A stretch of 63,741 bases of DNA, filler included, from Klebsormidium nitens (Eukaryota; Plantae; Klebsormidiophyceae), in assembly GCA_000708835.1 (NCBI GenBank). It is 5 parts of 5 records of this genome, joined end to end, with 100 filler letters (N's around TTAATTAATTAA, not from the genome) between each part and the next. Parts side by side here need not be neighbours in the genome. Positions count along the whole stretch, not along the records: positions 27,071 to 45,831 come from DF237944.1; 4 more parts are not named here. One strand, written 5' to 3'. The notes under the pieces are model-generated. The model was given only the letters and a program-made list of their open reading frames with translations, did no database searches and was not told the origin of the DNA. The stretch's first letter is position 1, and each line of letters opens with the position of its first letter. Below, in pieces: positions 34,071-45,931 of the stretch. The translations under genes were made by a program, and so were the position numbers.

Positions 34071-34967
34071 CCACATGCTTGTTGTTCGGCCAAATTGTCA
34101 CTAATATTGCGTCAAATATATTCAATATTTTGGAGTGGCAAGCTCCTCGCTCCTCTCAGAGTCTTCCTCCAGTAAATTGTTGGATCGTGCAATCTAAGCT
34201 CCCAAGTCATTTATAGGACTTGCGCTTCAAGCTAACGTACAGCGGTGGCACCGGGTACAATATAGAGATGGTCCGCTGGCACCCGGCAGCTCACGTCATG
34301 CTAGTAATGATTACGCATGAGCATACGGTGCCCCAGTATACATATTTCAGGCTGGCGGCCGCAGCGGCACTGACATGCCACATGGACTCCGGGACTTCCG
34401 GAGACTCAACTTATCGTTTAGGTAATTCTAGGTATATGGTACCGCGACGGAATTATATCCATTTTTGCATGCCGGTGTCAGGCCTGTGCCAGAGCCCATC
34501 GCATGCCACGATTGAGGCCCAACATATATGCGCTGTAAGGCATGCATAATGAATGATTATCATGAATCAGAGTTTTTAAAAAATACCTGACATTTATCCA
34601 GCTACTGTCACTCTATGTTTTTGATAGATACGAATTAGCCAAATGTCTGCAGAGCGCGCAAGAAATTGAATTACTAGGAACCACATATCCATCATATATG
34701 CTGAGCGCTTTACATGTGCTCTGCAAAGCGCAACCATGCGGCAATGCAAATCCTGACAGCTGCATGCTGTGGCAAGCTTCCTTGTGCGATACAAGCAACA
34801 GGGAAGTGTAAGTAGCCGGCCATCCGCCTAACCTTGATCAGTCGTCGATGCGCATTCACATTGAATGCAACCTGAGTTTGCCTTGTTGGTCATCCTGTAA
34901 GTACCGGACATGAGTCAAGTGGAAAGCGGAGGAAGAACTTCCAAAGCTGGCAACTCTTGTGTCTCCC

Positions 34968-37695
34968 TCATATGGCCGCAGCTGACAACGACGCCTTATA
35001 CTTCCGCACAAGTCCCCCCTGCGCCGCAACCCATAAGTCCCGCCCCATCTTACCCGCCATCGTCATGGTGGCATCAAACCCCAGGCACCCGCGGCTCACC
35101 GTCTTCCCCGATGCCACGTCATACAGACTGATCGCCTGGGATCCTTCCCCAGGCGACGCGAGATACCTCCCCGCCCCTAGAAATGACGGTCGGTAAATGC
35201 TCTTCGACCGCGCTAGCGTCGGTCCGAGGTGCCCCACGAATGTGAACAGGGGCTGCTGCGTGGCGCGGATGTCGTGCAGGCAGATCCCCCGGTCGTGGCT
35301 CGCTGACATCAGCAGGTGCTCGTTGGTCGGGTGCCACTGCACGACGTTGATCGCGGAGTTGTGCGCGTTCTCGATGCAGAGCGAGCCGGGGTCTGCCAGG
35401 CGGAGGTCGGAGACGGCGACGCTGCAGTCCGCGCTGCCGTCTGCCAGGTGGTGAGAGTCCCTGAAACATTGGGACAGGGGCTGAGGAGAAAGAGAGGAGA
35501 CGTTGTACAGGATTCTAAGAGTTGCTTGATTATATTGTTATGAAATGCATTAGACACCAGGTCCTTGTCGGACTCAGAATGACCTTATTGAGACTGCAGG
35601 CCGATCAGGGAATTGATAAGTCATCTTTACCGCACCTTCGGTCGGTGTTGACCGGAGTCGGTGTTGGCCGTTCACCAAAAGGATTGCTTGCCTGCATCTT
35701 GGCTGGCTATCAAGCCGAGCTTTGCTGTCTCGACAATCAGAATATCTGGAACGGCATCTGTGACGCAGACAAGGGACGTACTGTTGCTCAAAGTTGGAAT
35801 GGAAAAGAATGGATCAAGCGGGTGCCCAAACTCTTTGTTCGATAGAACTTTCCTCTTCTCCTCTGCTTGGCGTTGTAATTTGTACAAAAGCGAAGCCTTC
35901 ATTCACCTGAAGTGAATCGCCCTGACTGCTGCAGAGTGATGCCCACTGAGGACTGTCACCGGCTCGAGGCCTGCTTCCGTCACCACTGTGATGCCCACCG
36001 TCTTGTCCTTTGACGCGGTGGCTATTTTGCCACCCAGTTCGTGCATCCCAAAGATGCCGTTGTTGTGGATGCTGGAGGTCTCGGCCACGATGCGGGGAGT
36101 TCCAGTGGAGTTTGAGGTCTGCAGAAGCGATAGAAATCTGATTTTGAAGCTCTTTTGCAGAGAAGAACACGATTCAGATATATAGGTGAGGGTTTCCATG
36201 GAGCATCGGCCCTCAGATTCTTGAGGCAAGGACTCTGAGCAGAATAGGATCAGACATTGTTGTGACGTGAAAATGCATAATTCCTTCATATGGAAACCCT
36301 CAACTTCTTGCAAGAAAATGCTGAGCAATCAGCAATGAAGCAACTCAGAAACTCGTTTTAGAGCGAATCATTTCATTTTTCGCTCCCCTCAAAACAGCAG
36401 ATATTCTCAGATGCAGTCTCAAAAGCGCCACAGCTCTAGTGTTTTAAGACCTCTCTCACCTTGTCAATGTCCCAAAGCACCACGCTCCGATCATTGCTGC
36501 TCGTCAGCAGGAGAGTGGCCCCCTCCTGCTGCTGCCGCGTCAGGAACTGCACCGCTGAGATCCACCCGTTCCCTCCCTTCCACGCCAAAAGCGGTTCCTC
36601 TGCTGCCCCATGCGCAGTCTCCATGTCACCATCTCCCCGTGTATCAACCCTTGCACAGTCACTTGCCGCCAGCTCAGCGGCTTCTCTTAGACCAAACACA
36701 GCCAAGCGACCGGCGTGCCCCCCTGCCGCCAGTAACCTTCCTCCGCAACCCTCTCTCGCAACTAACGCATAGACTCTGGTCATTAAAGGGTCACAGTAAC
36801 TAACACCTGTTGGCTGGAGAGAATCAAACGCTTGAACCCCCAAGTCACTGCATTTTTCAGTAGCCCCTTCCCACTGCGTTCTGCACGTGTACTTTCTTAC
36901 GCTCGAATCGTCGTAGTGTAGCGGTTCCAACTCTTCTTCCGGCTCAACCCTTGGTGCCGTCGGCGATGACATCACCAGACCCGAATCGCTATCCGCCACC
37001 AACCCCCGTGCCCGCGTGCTTCTCCGGACGGGCATCTGCACCGGAGGGGCCACTTTTCTTGCCTGCTTCACTTTTGCCCCAGTCTGCGCCTTCTTTGACG
37101 CAAGAAAGTTGGACTCAATCCCTAGAGATGCCAGGAACTCCTCGTTTTTTCGGATCTTTTCGGCTCTGTGGCGCTCCAAGTCCGTTTCAAGCTCCTGGGA
37201 CGGCCCTGGCACCACGACCCGCTTTCGTTTGGCGCCCTGAATGCTGAGCTCCTTTGCCTCCGCCGCTTTCTGTTTTTCAGGCACTTTATTGGGGTCCATC
37301 TCATGAGGAATCTTTTCTTGGCAATGATTCAATCCATGACCAAGCTCCATGGCTAGAGGCAGGGCCGGAGCACCGCTGATCTGGACATCAACCTGATGCC
37401 AATTTGCTGGTGCAACCTCACCAGCGTCATTTTCTATGCGCAGTCTACCATGAAGTTGGATCTCCTCACAGCCTGGACTACATGTATCTTTTTGAAAGGG
37501 AGCTTGAGTCTCAGTGCTTGGCTGCTTGTCACAGAGAGTGGGAGGTTGCTTGCTGCAGTCGTGTCCAGAGCCCTTCTTCTCTGCTTCTGGCATGGATTTT
37601 AGTGTTGCAGGCATGCAACTCTTCTGCGCCGTCATTGCTTTTCCCTGCCCTTTGAAGAAGGAGAGCAAGGACGTCTGCTGCGCGCGGAAGCTCAT
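34968..37695 (-). CDS. WD40-repeat protein with N-terminal PIP box and a CMR1/WDR76-like basic motif; 3 exons
   Basis: Starts MSFRAQQTSLLSFF. LERHRAEKIRKNEEFLASLGI and PVRRSTRARG resemble the CMR1/WDR76 N-terminus. WD repeats include LLTSSNDRSVVLWDI, IATASKDKTV, AHNSAINVVQWHP...SASHDRGICLHDIR and ISLYDV. Confidence 0.75.
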
Positions 37696-39477
37696 TGTCG
37701 TTCCGGAGCACAATTGGCGAAACTGCGCAGGATGAATAAGGCCAAGTTTCGAGATCTCAGTAGCCCATGTTGCAGTAGCAAAAGGTACTGATCAAGAGCA
37801 GAACGCCCTGGACCCTGGGCTGAGGAATTTCAATTACCTATAGCGCCAGCAGAAGGCGCAGATGACGAAGGTCATTTCGGAACGTAAATCACTGATCGAA
37901 GGCCGCACGACGAGTTTGAAATTTGAGCAAGTCCTCTACCGGCTACTACGGGTCCATGTGGAAGCGAGGCACCAGCGCTCCCAGTGGAAGTGAGAAGTTC
38001 TGAAAGCCCGGAGAGGAGCACGCGACCGCGCGCTGGGGGCAAGTCTTGGTGAATTTAGGGTTAGGGTGGGTCCAGACTCAGTCAGCGGTCCTCTCTGCTG
38101 AGTGAATTCCGGTGCACAGACTGCAGTGGATCTTGAACCTGCGCTTCTATTAAGTCTTATATCTTGATATGATCTCTATATGAATGATCTCTTGACCGCG
38201 GTTACCCAACATCTTATACCAATGGCGATGGTACAGCTGCCAGTGGCGAAAGCAGTGGCGCCGCAGGTCTTCCGTAAAGGTGTAAAGGCAGCACTAGTGG
38301 TGGCCGGCCGCACATAGAATTTGCATGTCAACCGTTACAGGCCAGCAAACGCAGCTAAAGCAACATTCGACGTCCTTATGTCGTCATCCCTGCTCAATCA
38401 GCTGATCGAGGATTATGTGACGGTGACTAATTTATGTCACATTTTCATGGCCAGATGTCAGATCAGTTTCGTGGCCGATCTACTTATGTCAGACGTAACA
38501 TTGCATGGCCCTACTGCATACAAGTGGAATCGCTGAGATTCAACGCCGTGAAGCATATATGCATGTGTCATGCTTTCGCCTCAAATGATTGCTCAGAGCT
38601 CCAAGCGCGTATCTACCCTGCTATACATCTGCTTCGACTGGTACCAGTCTCACTTCATGGTAGTTGCCTGATGTTGATAGCCTGGTTTGACTGCTCAATT
38701 CTCGTTGACTGCCAACTTCAAACCTGCTTCGTTTGCTTTCCCTTTCAAAGACGGTTCCCATGACCTTCGAGAATACATTTTCAGCATGTCGCGATCGATC
38801 TGATGAACGCCCAATGAGACGAGGCAGGAGCTAGGAGCTGGCGGCAAGCTGGAGCATTCGAAGCGACAATCTTAGGCGCTCGTCAAAAGTCGGAGCTTTC
38901 CTGTTCCTCGTGCCGAAGTCCACCATCAACTTCGAAGGGAAGGAAGCTGAGGAGCATGTCGCATGCCAACACAAGAAAGTAAACGTGACAAGGAACGCTG
39001 CTCGACGATGTAGCTCTCTGGCTCGAGGACTCTGCAGAAATTATCCCTGCAGAATCAACTGGTGGGAACAAGAAGGCTGCATTGTCCTCGCCTGCACGAA
39101 GCTTTCCAAATTCGTGCTGGATATTCAACGGACGAAGGGTGCGAATGAAGCAGTAATCAATTCTGCGGAATTAGGAATCTTGTCCTGCGAACCTGCTGAG
39201 CGGTACTTCTGGTAGAGCAGACGCACAGGTTCGATGTACGTAGTGAGATAGTCATTCCTGGCTTTGTGGCACTCCTGATGTCGGCAGCACTTCTGGGCAA
39301 TGGTCTGCCCAGGACTCAAACATACATCACCAAGACAATCTAGGCGTCATTCCTGAAAAGGATGTCAATCCTTTGAAAAGTGCTAATAGCATATACCATC
39401 GGCAAAGCATTCCATTGTTATTCGAACTTTGTTTATTCAGGAAAACAATGTTTCATCCAAGAATATACAGAGGTGGG

Positions 39478-42254
39478 ATGGCTAATGAGAGCGCAGCACA
39501 AGATGATGATAACCTGAAAAAGAAGCGTGGTGGAAGGTGAAGCTTTACTTTTTTCTCCAATTAGATTCAGTAGAATGCATTGAGGCAGGAACTTCCTTAC
39601 GTGCTGCATTTTCCATATCTGGCCATTGACGTATCCTGATAAAGCATACATGCGCCTGTGCTGCAGACTTACGAACCGTGAAAGTCCAACTTAATTATTT
39701 TGCAGGAAGCATAAAGGAAGTAGCCTGCGCAGAGCACTTCAGACCCCCGAGGTGAGGTCCATCTTAAGCGCCAGGTCTTTATCGGTGCCCTTGCTACTGT
39801 TCTGAATACCGACTCTGCCAAAACGACGTCTCTCCTGGTGAATTGCACTGCTATTTTGCAGATCATGGCTGAAAAAGAAACTAATGCTGCATTGAAATGA
39901 TCCTGCAGGAGCTCGTGGCTGAGCTGCTCGTTCCACCTACTCCAGGAGAAGACCCCAACTCAGACATCAGAGAAAACAGTCTCCGCTGCTTAGCTTCTTG
40001 TTTAACAGAGGTACATATTGGGCCTTGATGATCCAAGTTTTGTCCCAAGATAAGCACCTACAGTTCCATGAATCCACTAAACGTTCTTATTCTTTGGTGT
40101 CGAGTATGATTGGGAGGAGATTGTTGCTTTTAGTGCCATTGGTACGCTTGACCAGGAATGAGAGGAGTAGATTGCCGGTCTTTCTTATCTTCTCCTTCGC
40201 CTCGATCTAATTGCAGCACGGGCAAGAACCCCCCGACCTGGCCAAACTGCTGTGGTATTCGTGTGGTGTTGCAGCAGTTCTTCTGCAGGTCAGATCAAGC
40301 TCAACGTTTGGACAATTTTTTTGATCTTATACATTCCTGCGTAATGAATGAATGAGTGATATAAGTGCACGAGTGACGCGCTTAATTTGTTCAGATCCTC
40401 GAGCATACCTATTCAAGCTGACTCCAGTATTCGTGGTTTCTGCAGGAAGTTGTGTCAGTCTATGGAAAGATCTACTCCGAAGATATGTCGGTCAGAGCTG
40501 CCAAGCGCGTTTCCAACGTCCTGACTTTGATGCAGGTACATGTAGAACCTAGAATTTAAGCAACCTTGTCTGGACAATTCTATAGAACCAGTTCTTCGAC
40601 GATTCCTTTTTCCAGTAAACAAATGGCGAGTCCCAATGTTTCAGCAAATGCATGAGCCACATTAAACGACCAGCCTATCCTTGTTGAGCCCTTGAGACGT
40701 TGTATGTTGCAGTGCATCGCATCCGACCCAGAGACCAGGCCACCCTTCCTGAAGGCACAACTCCCCCTCTGGGTGTTTCCGTTGATAGACACGACTGAGG
40801 AGTCAGAGGTTTACGAATACATGCGGTCAGCAGGACTGGCTTTGCTCGGACGACTTTGTCAAGTAAGCTGTCGAACATCACCTCTGATTCCGAGGTATCT
40901 AGACGTACCTTCTCTGGTTCTAGTCATTCGAGTCCTCGTCTTTTAAAGAACTAGCCAGCTTTCGGCGAACCATTTGCAGTTTTCATCTTGAAACTGAATG
41001 ACTCTCCGATAATTTTTCCTGTGCAGGTGAATGAAGCTTGGATTCTAAAGTGGCTTCTGGAAAACCAAGCCGTCGAAACCTGTATAGCTGCAATGGCTGC
41101 CGGCAACCAGATGTCCAAGGCCGTAAGTCGACTGGTTCTTAAAAAGCTTGAGAATTGTGTTCGCGATAGATTGTTGTATCGAAGCTGGATATCACTTTCG
41201 CCGTTCTTTGCTGAGAACGTACAGTGTGTCCTGACACTTAGAATGTATCTTGCGTACAGATATGACCATCGCTGCAGACACTCGCTTACGAAGTTTTACG
41301 CCCGATTCGTACAACCCTGTAAACGCAATGCATGTTTTTTCCACAGATGGCGACATACATTGTTGCAACACTGACGTCTCAGCTCAATCCAACGGGTATC
41401 CAGTATTTATGTTCGCGGGACGAGAAGCTTCATGCTGCACTTCTTACCCAGCTGGCTAGTATGGTGAGCAATAGGACTCGACATAGGACTCGACAGTTCT
41501 CCGATCAGGCAAATCTTCTTGTACGAGACCTCTTCTGGACCAAGACATTCGGACCCGCATAGATCATTTGTTGGTTTGCCTCAACATCGGTCAACGCATC
41601 GACACGCCATGGCCGTTGCTTCTTTTGTCACGGACCTCGAGAACGATCCTTTTTTCATCGTACGTATCTTCACTCATTGCTCCTATGCAGATCAAGATCG
41701 TCGGTTGTGATCCACAGCCTTCTCCGCGCTTTCTGAGGAACATCCTGCAATGCTACTTGCACATCTGCAGTGACTCAAGGTAAGTTTTAGCGCTAAGGTG
41801 ACTAGTGTGGACCAGCGGTGGGGCTCGATTGTGTGAACCACGAATGCTTGTACTGGCTACGACCAAGGAAGCACTGATCTGGTTGGCACGATCGCCATTC
41901 TTCCTTGCAGGGGACTGTACTGGACACTCTACATGCTTCCTCGTGAGCTGCACAGCGGCGCATTGGACAAGATTTCTCAGGTGAGCAAGTCAAATCTTGG
42001 AGAATATAAAGCAACGTCCTGGCTTGTGCTCTTGAAAGCGCTTTTTTAGCTGGCTGTTTCGACTAGCCAATTTGGTAAAAATTCGTGAACAGATATGTGT
42101 TGTTCTGCAGGCGAACCCAACTATTGAGCAACTCCTGCATAAATTGCTGACGCTACTTGGCATCAGGGCGTCCACTTCACGCCCTGTCTTGACAGAACTG
42201 AATCGTAACGTAAGAAGTCCTGCTCAAGTATTTATGACGACCAAGAAATATTAG
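39478..42254 (+). CDS. Divergent CNOT9/Rcd1 (CCR4-NOT subunit 9)-like armadillo-repeat protein; about 11 short exons, start tentative
   Basis: Successive exons follow the CNOT9 order: RENSLRCL, PDLAKLLWYSCGVAAVLLQ|EVVSVY...KRVSNVLTLMQ|CIASDPETRPPFLKAQLPLWVFPLI...YEYMRSAGLALLG, GNQMSKA|MATYIV, PSPRFLRNILQCYLHI. One early junction phase could not be resolved by eye. Confidence 0.8.
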
Positions 42255-43402
42255 TATTCTAGTCGATTACTGGACCGACAAGTCTGGACTTCGAGGCTCC
42301 ATTCAAAACCACAAGTCTTCGTTTTATACAATTTGTCAGGACCCACTTTAAATTGCACAGGTAATATATTTAACATCACGCTGACCTTGTAAGTGGCTTT
42401 CCGTAGAGCGATGATAGCTTGAAGACCGAGAATAGTATTGGATTGTCTTTAGGGCGACCGTAGCTTACCTATTTGAATTTTGCTAAAGGCGCCCTTAAGG
42501 ATGCTACCTCTGCAAGGCTAGTAAAACCAAGGTTTGAGATCTTTTAAACAGGCTGAACGTTGCTACGAAGCTCACTGGTCCTGATAAGGCCGGCCCGCTC
42601 ATGGAAGTGACATTGATATCCTTTTTGGAAAGAGAGAAAGCAGGGCAGCTCGCATCGACTCTGTACGCCGAGATTGGCTACATTGAACAATCTTAAGTAC
42701 CAAAGCGAGGCGCTATGGGTGCTGCGCTCGGTTTCTTTTTGAGCCCAAATGTGGCCTGTCCAAATTCAGGATTTCGAGTCTGATTCTTCAACCAGATGCA
42801 AGCCATCATGAATTAATCGAAAGCCCGTACGGATGACAGAAAACATGATCCCAGAAGGCGTCAGCCTCCGAAGAAGTCATGTTGTGTAAACCCGCGGGTG
42901 TCCCGCAATACAAGGCAGCAGACTGTAACTAATGGATCCATCTTCTCGAACATCGCACGAGTTAAGTGGCCGCTTCTTCATGAGGAGGCAACTAGCAACA
43001 TGTCCCTCAATCTCATAATGTTGACTTGATATATCCAAGCAAACCACAATCTTCTGTGGACTCTGTGATCCCTGAAAAATGGGACCATTGCAAGATACGG
43101 GACTTCTGTTTCATTACCTTGAATGTTATTCCTGCCTTCAGTCTTAGGCCACTGTTACTTATACAACCGCGTATTTGATGCTTCCTCCTTTGACTTTCTA
43201 TCTTTTCTGCCTTCGGCATGACCCCGTGATTTCTTTCTCTTATGGCTTTGAACGAGCGGAACAGTTCCCTTACGCTTTCATCATGTAAAGAGAGCTTCTC
43301 CACTGGAGTTTCCTTTGCCTCGACTCTCCCACGACCCCGCACATAACCGCCTTGGCCTAGATGGCCTGCTTTCATACGCACGACCTACCGAGACGCAGAA
43401 CA

Positions 43403-43813
43403 TCAATCTGTGAGCATCATCCAGGTGGAGACCAGTGAGGCCACCAAAAAGCTGACCATTAATGTGACCGCCACCTCCTCGAAGCTCCCCGCTTCCCACT
43501 GGTACTTTCGCAGAGGCACATGCACTGCGGCGTCCAGCGGGCCCAGAAGCAGGCTCACACACCCGCCGCCAAGCGCGCACCAAGGCGCGCGCGCACTCGC
43601 TTTGACGTTTTCCTTGTTGATTGCAACCACGTAGCCAATAAGGAGAGTGAGGACCATCATCATCGTTAAAAATAGGTCCCGAGCAACGCACCAGTAAAAG
43701 TGACGGGACATCTCAAAGAGATTGCTGACGAGAGAAAATACGTGTAAGATAAGATGGATGCACAGACGATCGGCTTCAAGGCTCTGCTTTTCGCCGGAAG
43801 ACAAGGAAGGCAT
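43403..43813 (-). CDS. Small hypothetical membrane protein (about 3 hydrophobic segments); boundaries uncertain
   Basis: ORF with LFLTMMMVLTLLIGYVVAI, WCALGGGCVSLLLG and VAVTLMVSFLVASLVSTWMML. No family recognised. Confidence 0.35.
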   Translation of the reverse strand: MPSLSSGEKQSLEADRLCIHLILHVFSLVSNLFEMSRHFYWCVARDLFLTMMMVLTLLIGYVVAINKENVKASARAPWCALGGGCVSLLLGPLDAAVHVPLRKYQWEAGSFEEVAVTLMVSFLVASLVSTWMMLTD

Positions 43814-45300
43814 GCTACCGCTGCTCTGCGGCCTTTCTCGTAGTGACGAGGAGGGCTCTTCCTGCTTTCATTCTACAACGAGCGACCGTCTGAGGCTCTT
43901 TGATGTAAACTTCACTCCGACTTAACGAGCCTGAGTCTCGTGGCCGTAGTGCTTGACGTGAGAACTTCAAGAGTAAGTAGGTAGGCTCGAGCGCCCCGGG
44001 CAGTCTCGAAACGTTCAGTCCAATTGAAGCTGAGAAAACCTTAGCTGGTTACCTGACGGTGCTCTCACCGAGGCCAGCTCTCGAGCTCTTCAACATTGTC
44101 GTCCGCAGCAAGCAAGTCGGACGGGTTGGTCGAGAAGCCAATTGAGTTTCGAGATTTAAAACGATCAGACTGGTTGAAGGTAAGCCCGAACGACATCGAT
44201 CACAGCTACACAGCAAGGCCAAGCTCTTATCAATGATACATGAACCTCCTCACTAGCGGATTGTTGAGGATGGTCGCATAAGCTCTACCAAAGAAGTGAC
44301 CACGCGCAAGCCCACCAACGTGGACCCGACAATATCAACATAAGGGCAGAGTTCAGTTCCGCCCTCCGCGGCCGCCTGACTGCATATAGGTTGTGTCTGG
44401 TATCTTTAAGCTTATATTGGATTGGGGCGGCGAGCTCCAATTCTCGAGCTCGGGGTTTGCGAATTTGCATGAATTGTAGACGAGGACTCCATGATAAAGT
44501 AGGTAGTAAAATTCATCTAGGACAACCGTCGAAGGGTTACTTATAAATCCTGGTTGTCCATTGTGCGAGTCGATCCACCCGATGTGGTACGTAAGTGGCT
44601 CTATTGGCGCACCATACTTATATGATGCGCGGCTGCATGTTCGATCCTCAATATATTGGATTAGGAGCCCGGCCGGCCGCCGTGCACTGCATATATGAGC
44701 CACCAATGCGCTGTCGATAAGCTTGGTCGGAGCACATCCACATGCAGGCTGGCAGGCACCAAAGCGCAGCCCGCAAAAGATACATGGCCGGGCGCGCCCA
44801 TGCGCCCGCGGTGCGGAGTTCTGGGGTCGGCTAGCAATCGCAATGCAGAGCCGCTCATACGCATATATATCAATGACTTGATAAAGTTCGTTCCCAAGCT
44901 GCAGGAGTCATCCAGCTCAACTCACTAAGAATCAATTTAATAGCGCATGCGCATGACCAATAGATACACTCAAGGTCCATGGCAGTGCACGCCAAAGTAG
45001 CATACACGCGCAAGAACATGCTCAGTAACGAACTTCGAAGAGCCCATCTCATGCGGTTGCCAGTGCGCATCACAAGCCAACAGTTGCCCAGCATAATCGA
45101 GTCGGCATCGAATCGAAGACAAGACGCCAACAGAGTAACATACACGTCCTTGTTCGATCCCAGGGGCGGTTTTGCGACTTTTGACTCGAGAGACGCTCGT
45201 ATGTACAGAAGCTTCCAGAGTTCACTTGACTTATTCCAGACTTATTCCAGCAGGAGTTCCGAGTCCGTCCATGAGACTCGAGGCACCTCAAACCCCAACC

Positions 45301-45831
45301 TTACGACGATTTCAGCAGCTCCAAGTCTTTCCGCGCCTGCTCCGCCACGCTCGCTTTCGCGGCCGCCCCGTGACTCACCGGCTTCGCCATCCCCCGCACG
45401 ATCGGCATCCCGTCGGTGTCGTTATCCACCTGAAATGCGCGCCAGCTCCGGTCCTTCACCCGCGACGCTTTCCGCTTCATCTTGTAGTCCGGCTTCGCGT
45501 TCGCCCGGTTCCGGTGCCGCTGGCTCCCCGCCGCTGACGTCACCCCCGTGATGCTGCTCAAGACGTCGAAGTCGTCGCCCCCCCCGCGGCTGGAAGCCAC
45601 GCCCCGCCCACCCCCAGCCGCACCCGGCTGCTTACCCCCCTCGGCCTTACTGCTGGACCCCGCGACGGTTTCAGCCCCCCGGTTGGACGACTCTCCTCGT
45701 GGGGGGGCCGCTTCACCCTCCTCTTGCTCTTTGTCTACCCCCCCAGCTTCGAAAGTATCCTCTTCGGCTTCCGACTCCATCTCATACTCGCTGCTCTCTT
45801 CCCCCTCCTCCGCATCGAACCGCTCGCTTCC
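45301..45831 (-). CDS. 3' fragment of an acidic/basic low-complexity hypothetical protein, open into a gap
   Basis: The frame stays open from the gap edge (GSERFDAEEGEESSEYEMESEAEED...) to a stop at 45301, with GC-rich codon usage. Confidence 0.35.
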   Translation of the reverse strand, partial: GSERFDAEEGEESSEYEMESEAEEDTFEAGGVDKEQEEGEAAPPRGESSNRGAETVAGSSSKAEGGKQPGAAGGGRGVASSRGGGDDFDVLSSITGVTSAAGSQRHRNRANAKPDYKMKRKASRVKDRSWRAFQVDNDTDGMPIVRGMAKPVSHGAAAKASVAEQARKDLELLKSS

Positions 45832-45931
45832 NNNNNNNNNNNNNNNNNNNNNNNNNNNNNNNNNNNNNNNNNNNNTTAATTAATTAANNNNNNNNNNNNN
45901 NNNNNNNNNNNNNNNNNNNNNNNNNNNNNNN

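Noticed and set aside
38054-38066. Telomere-like words (tttagggttaggg; also ttttagggtttt near 50057, ccctaaaa near 59443, and near 25985)
   Set aside because: Only one or two units each. They could be telo-boxes but cannot be distinguished from chance here.
38225-39330. ORF fragments upstream of the CNOT9-like gene (e.g. 38910-39215)
   Set aside because: I could not build a consistent spliced frame or recognise a domain; they may be UTR or intron.
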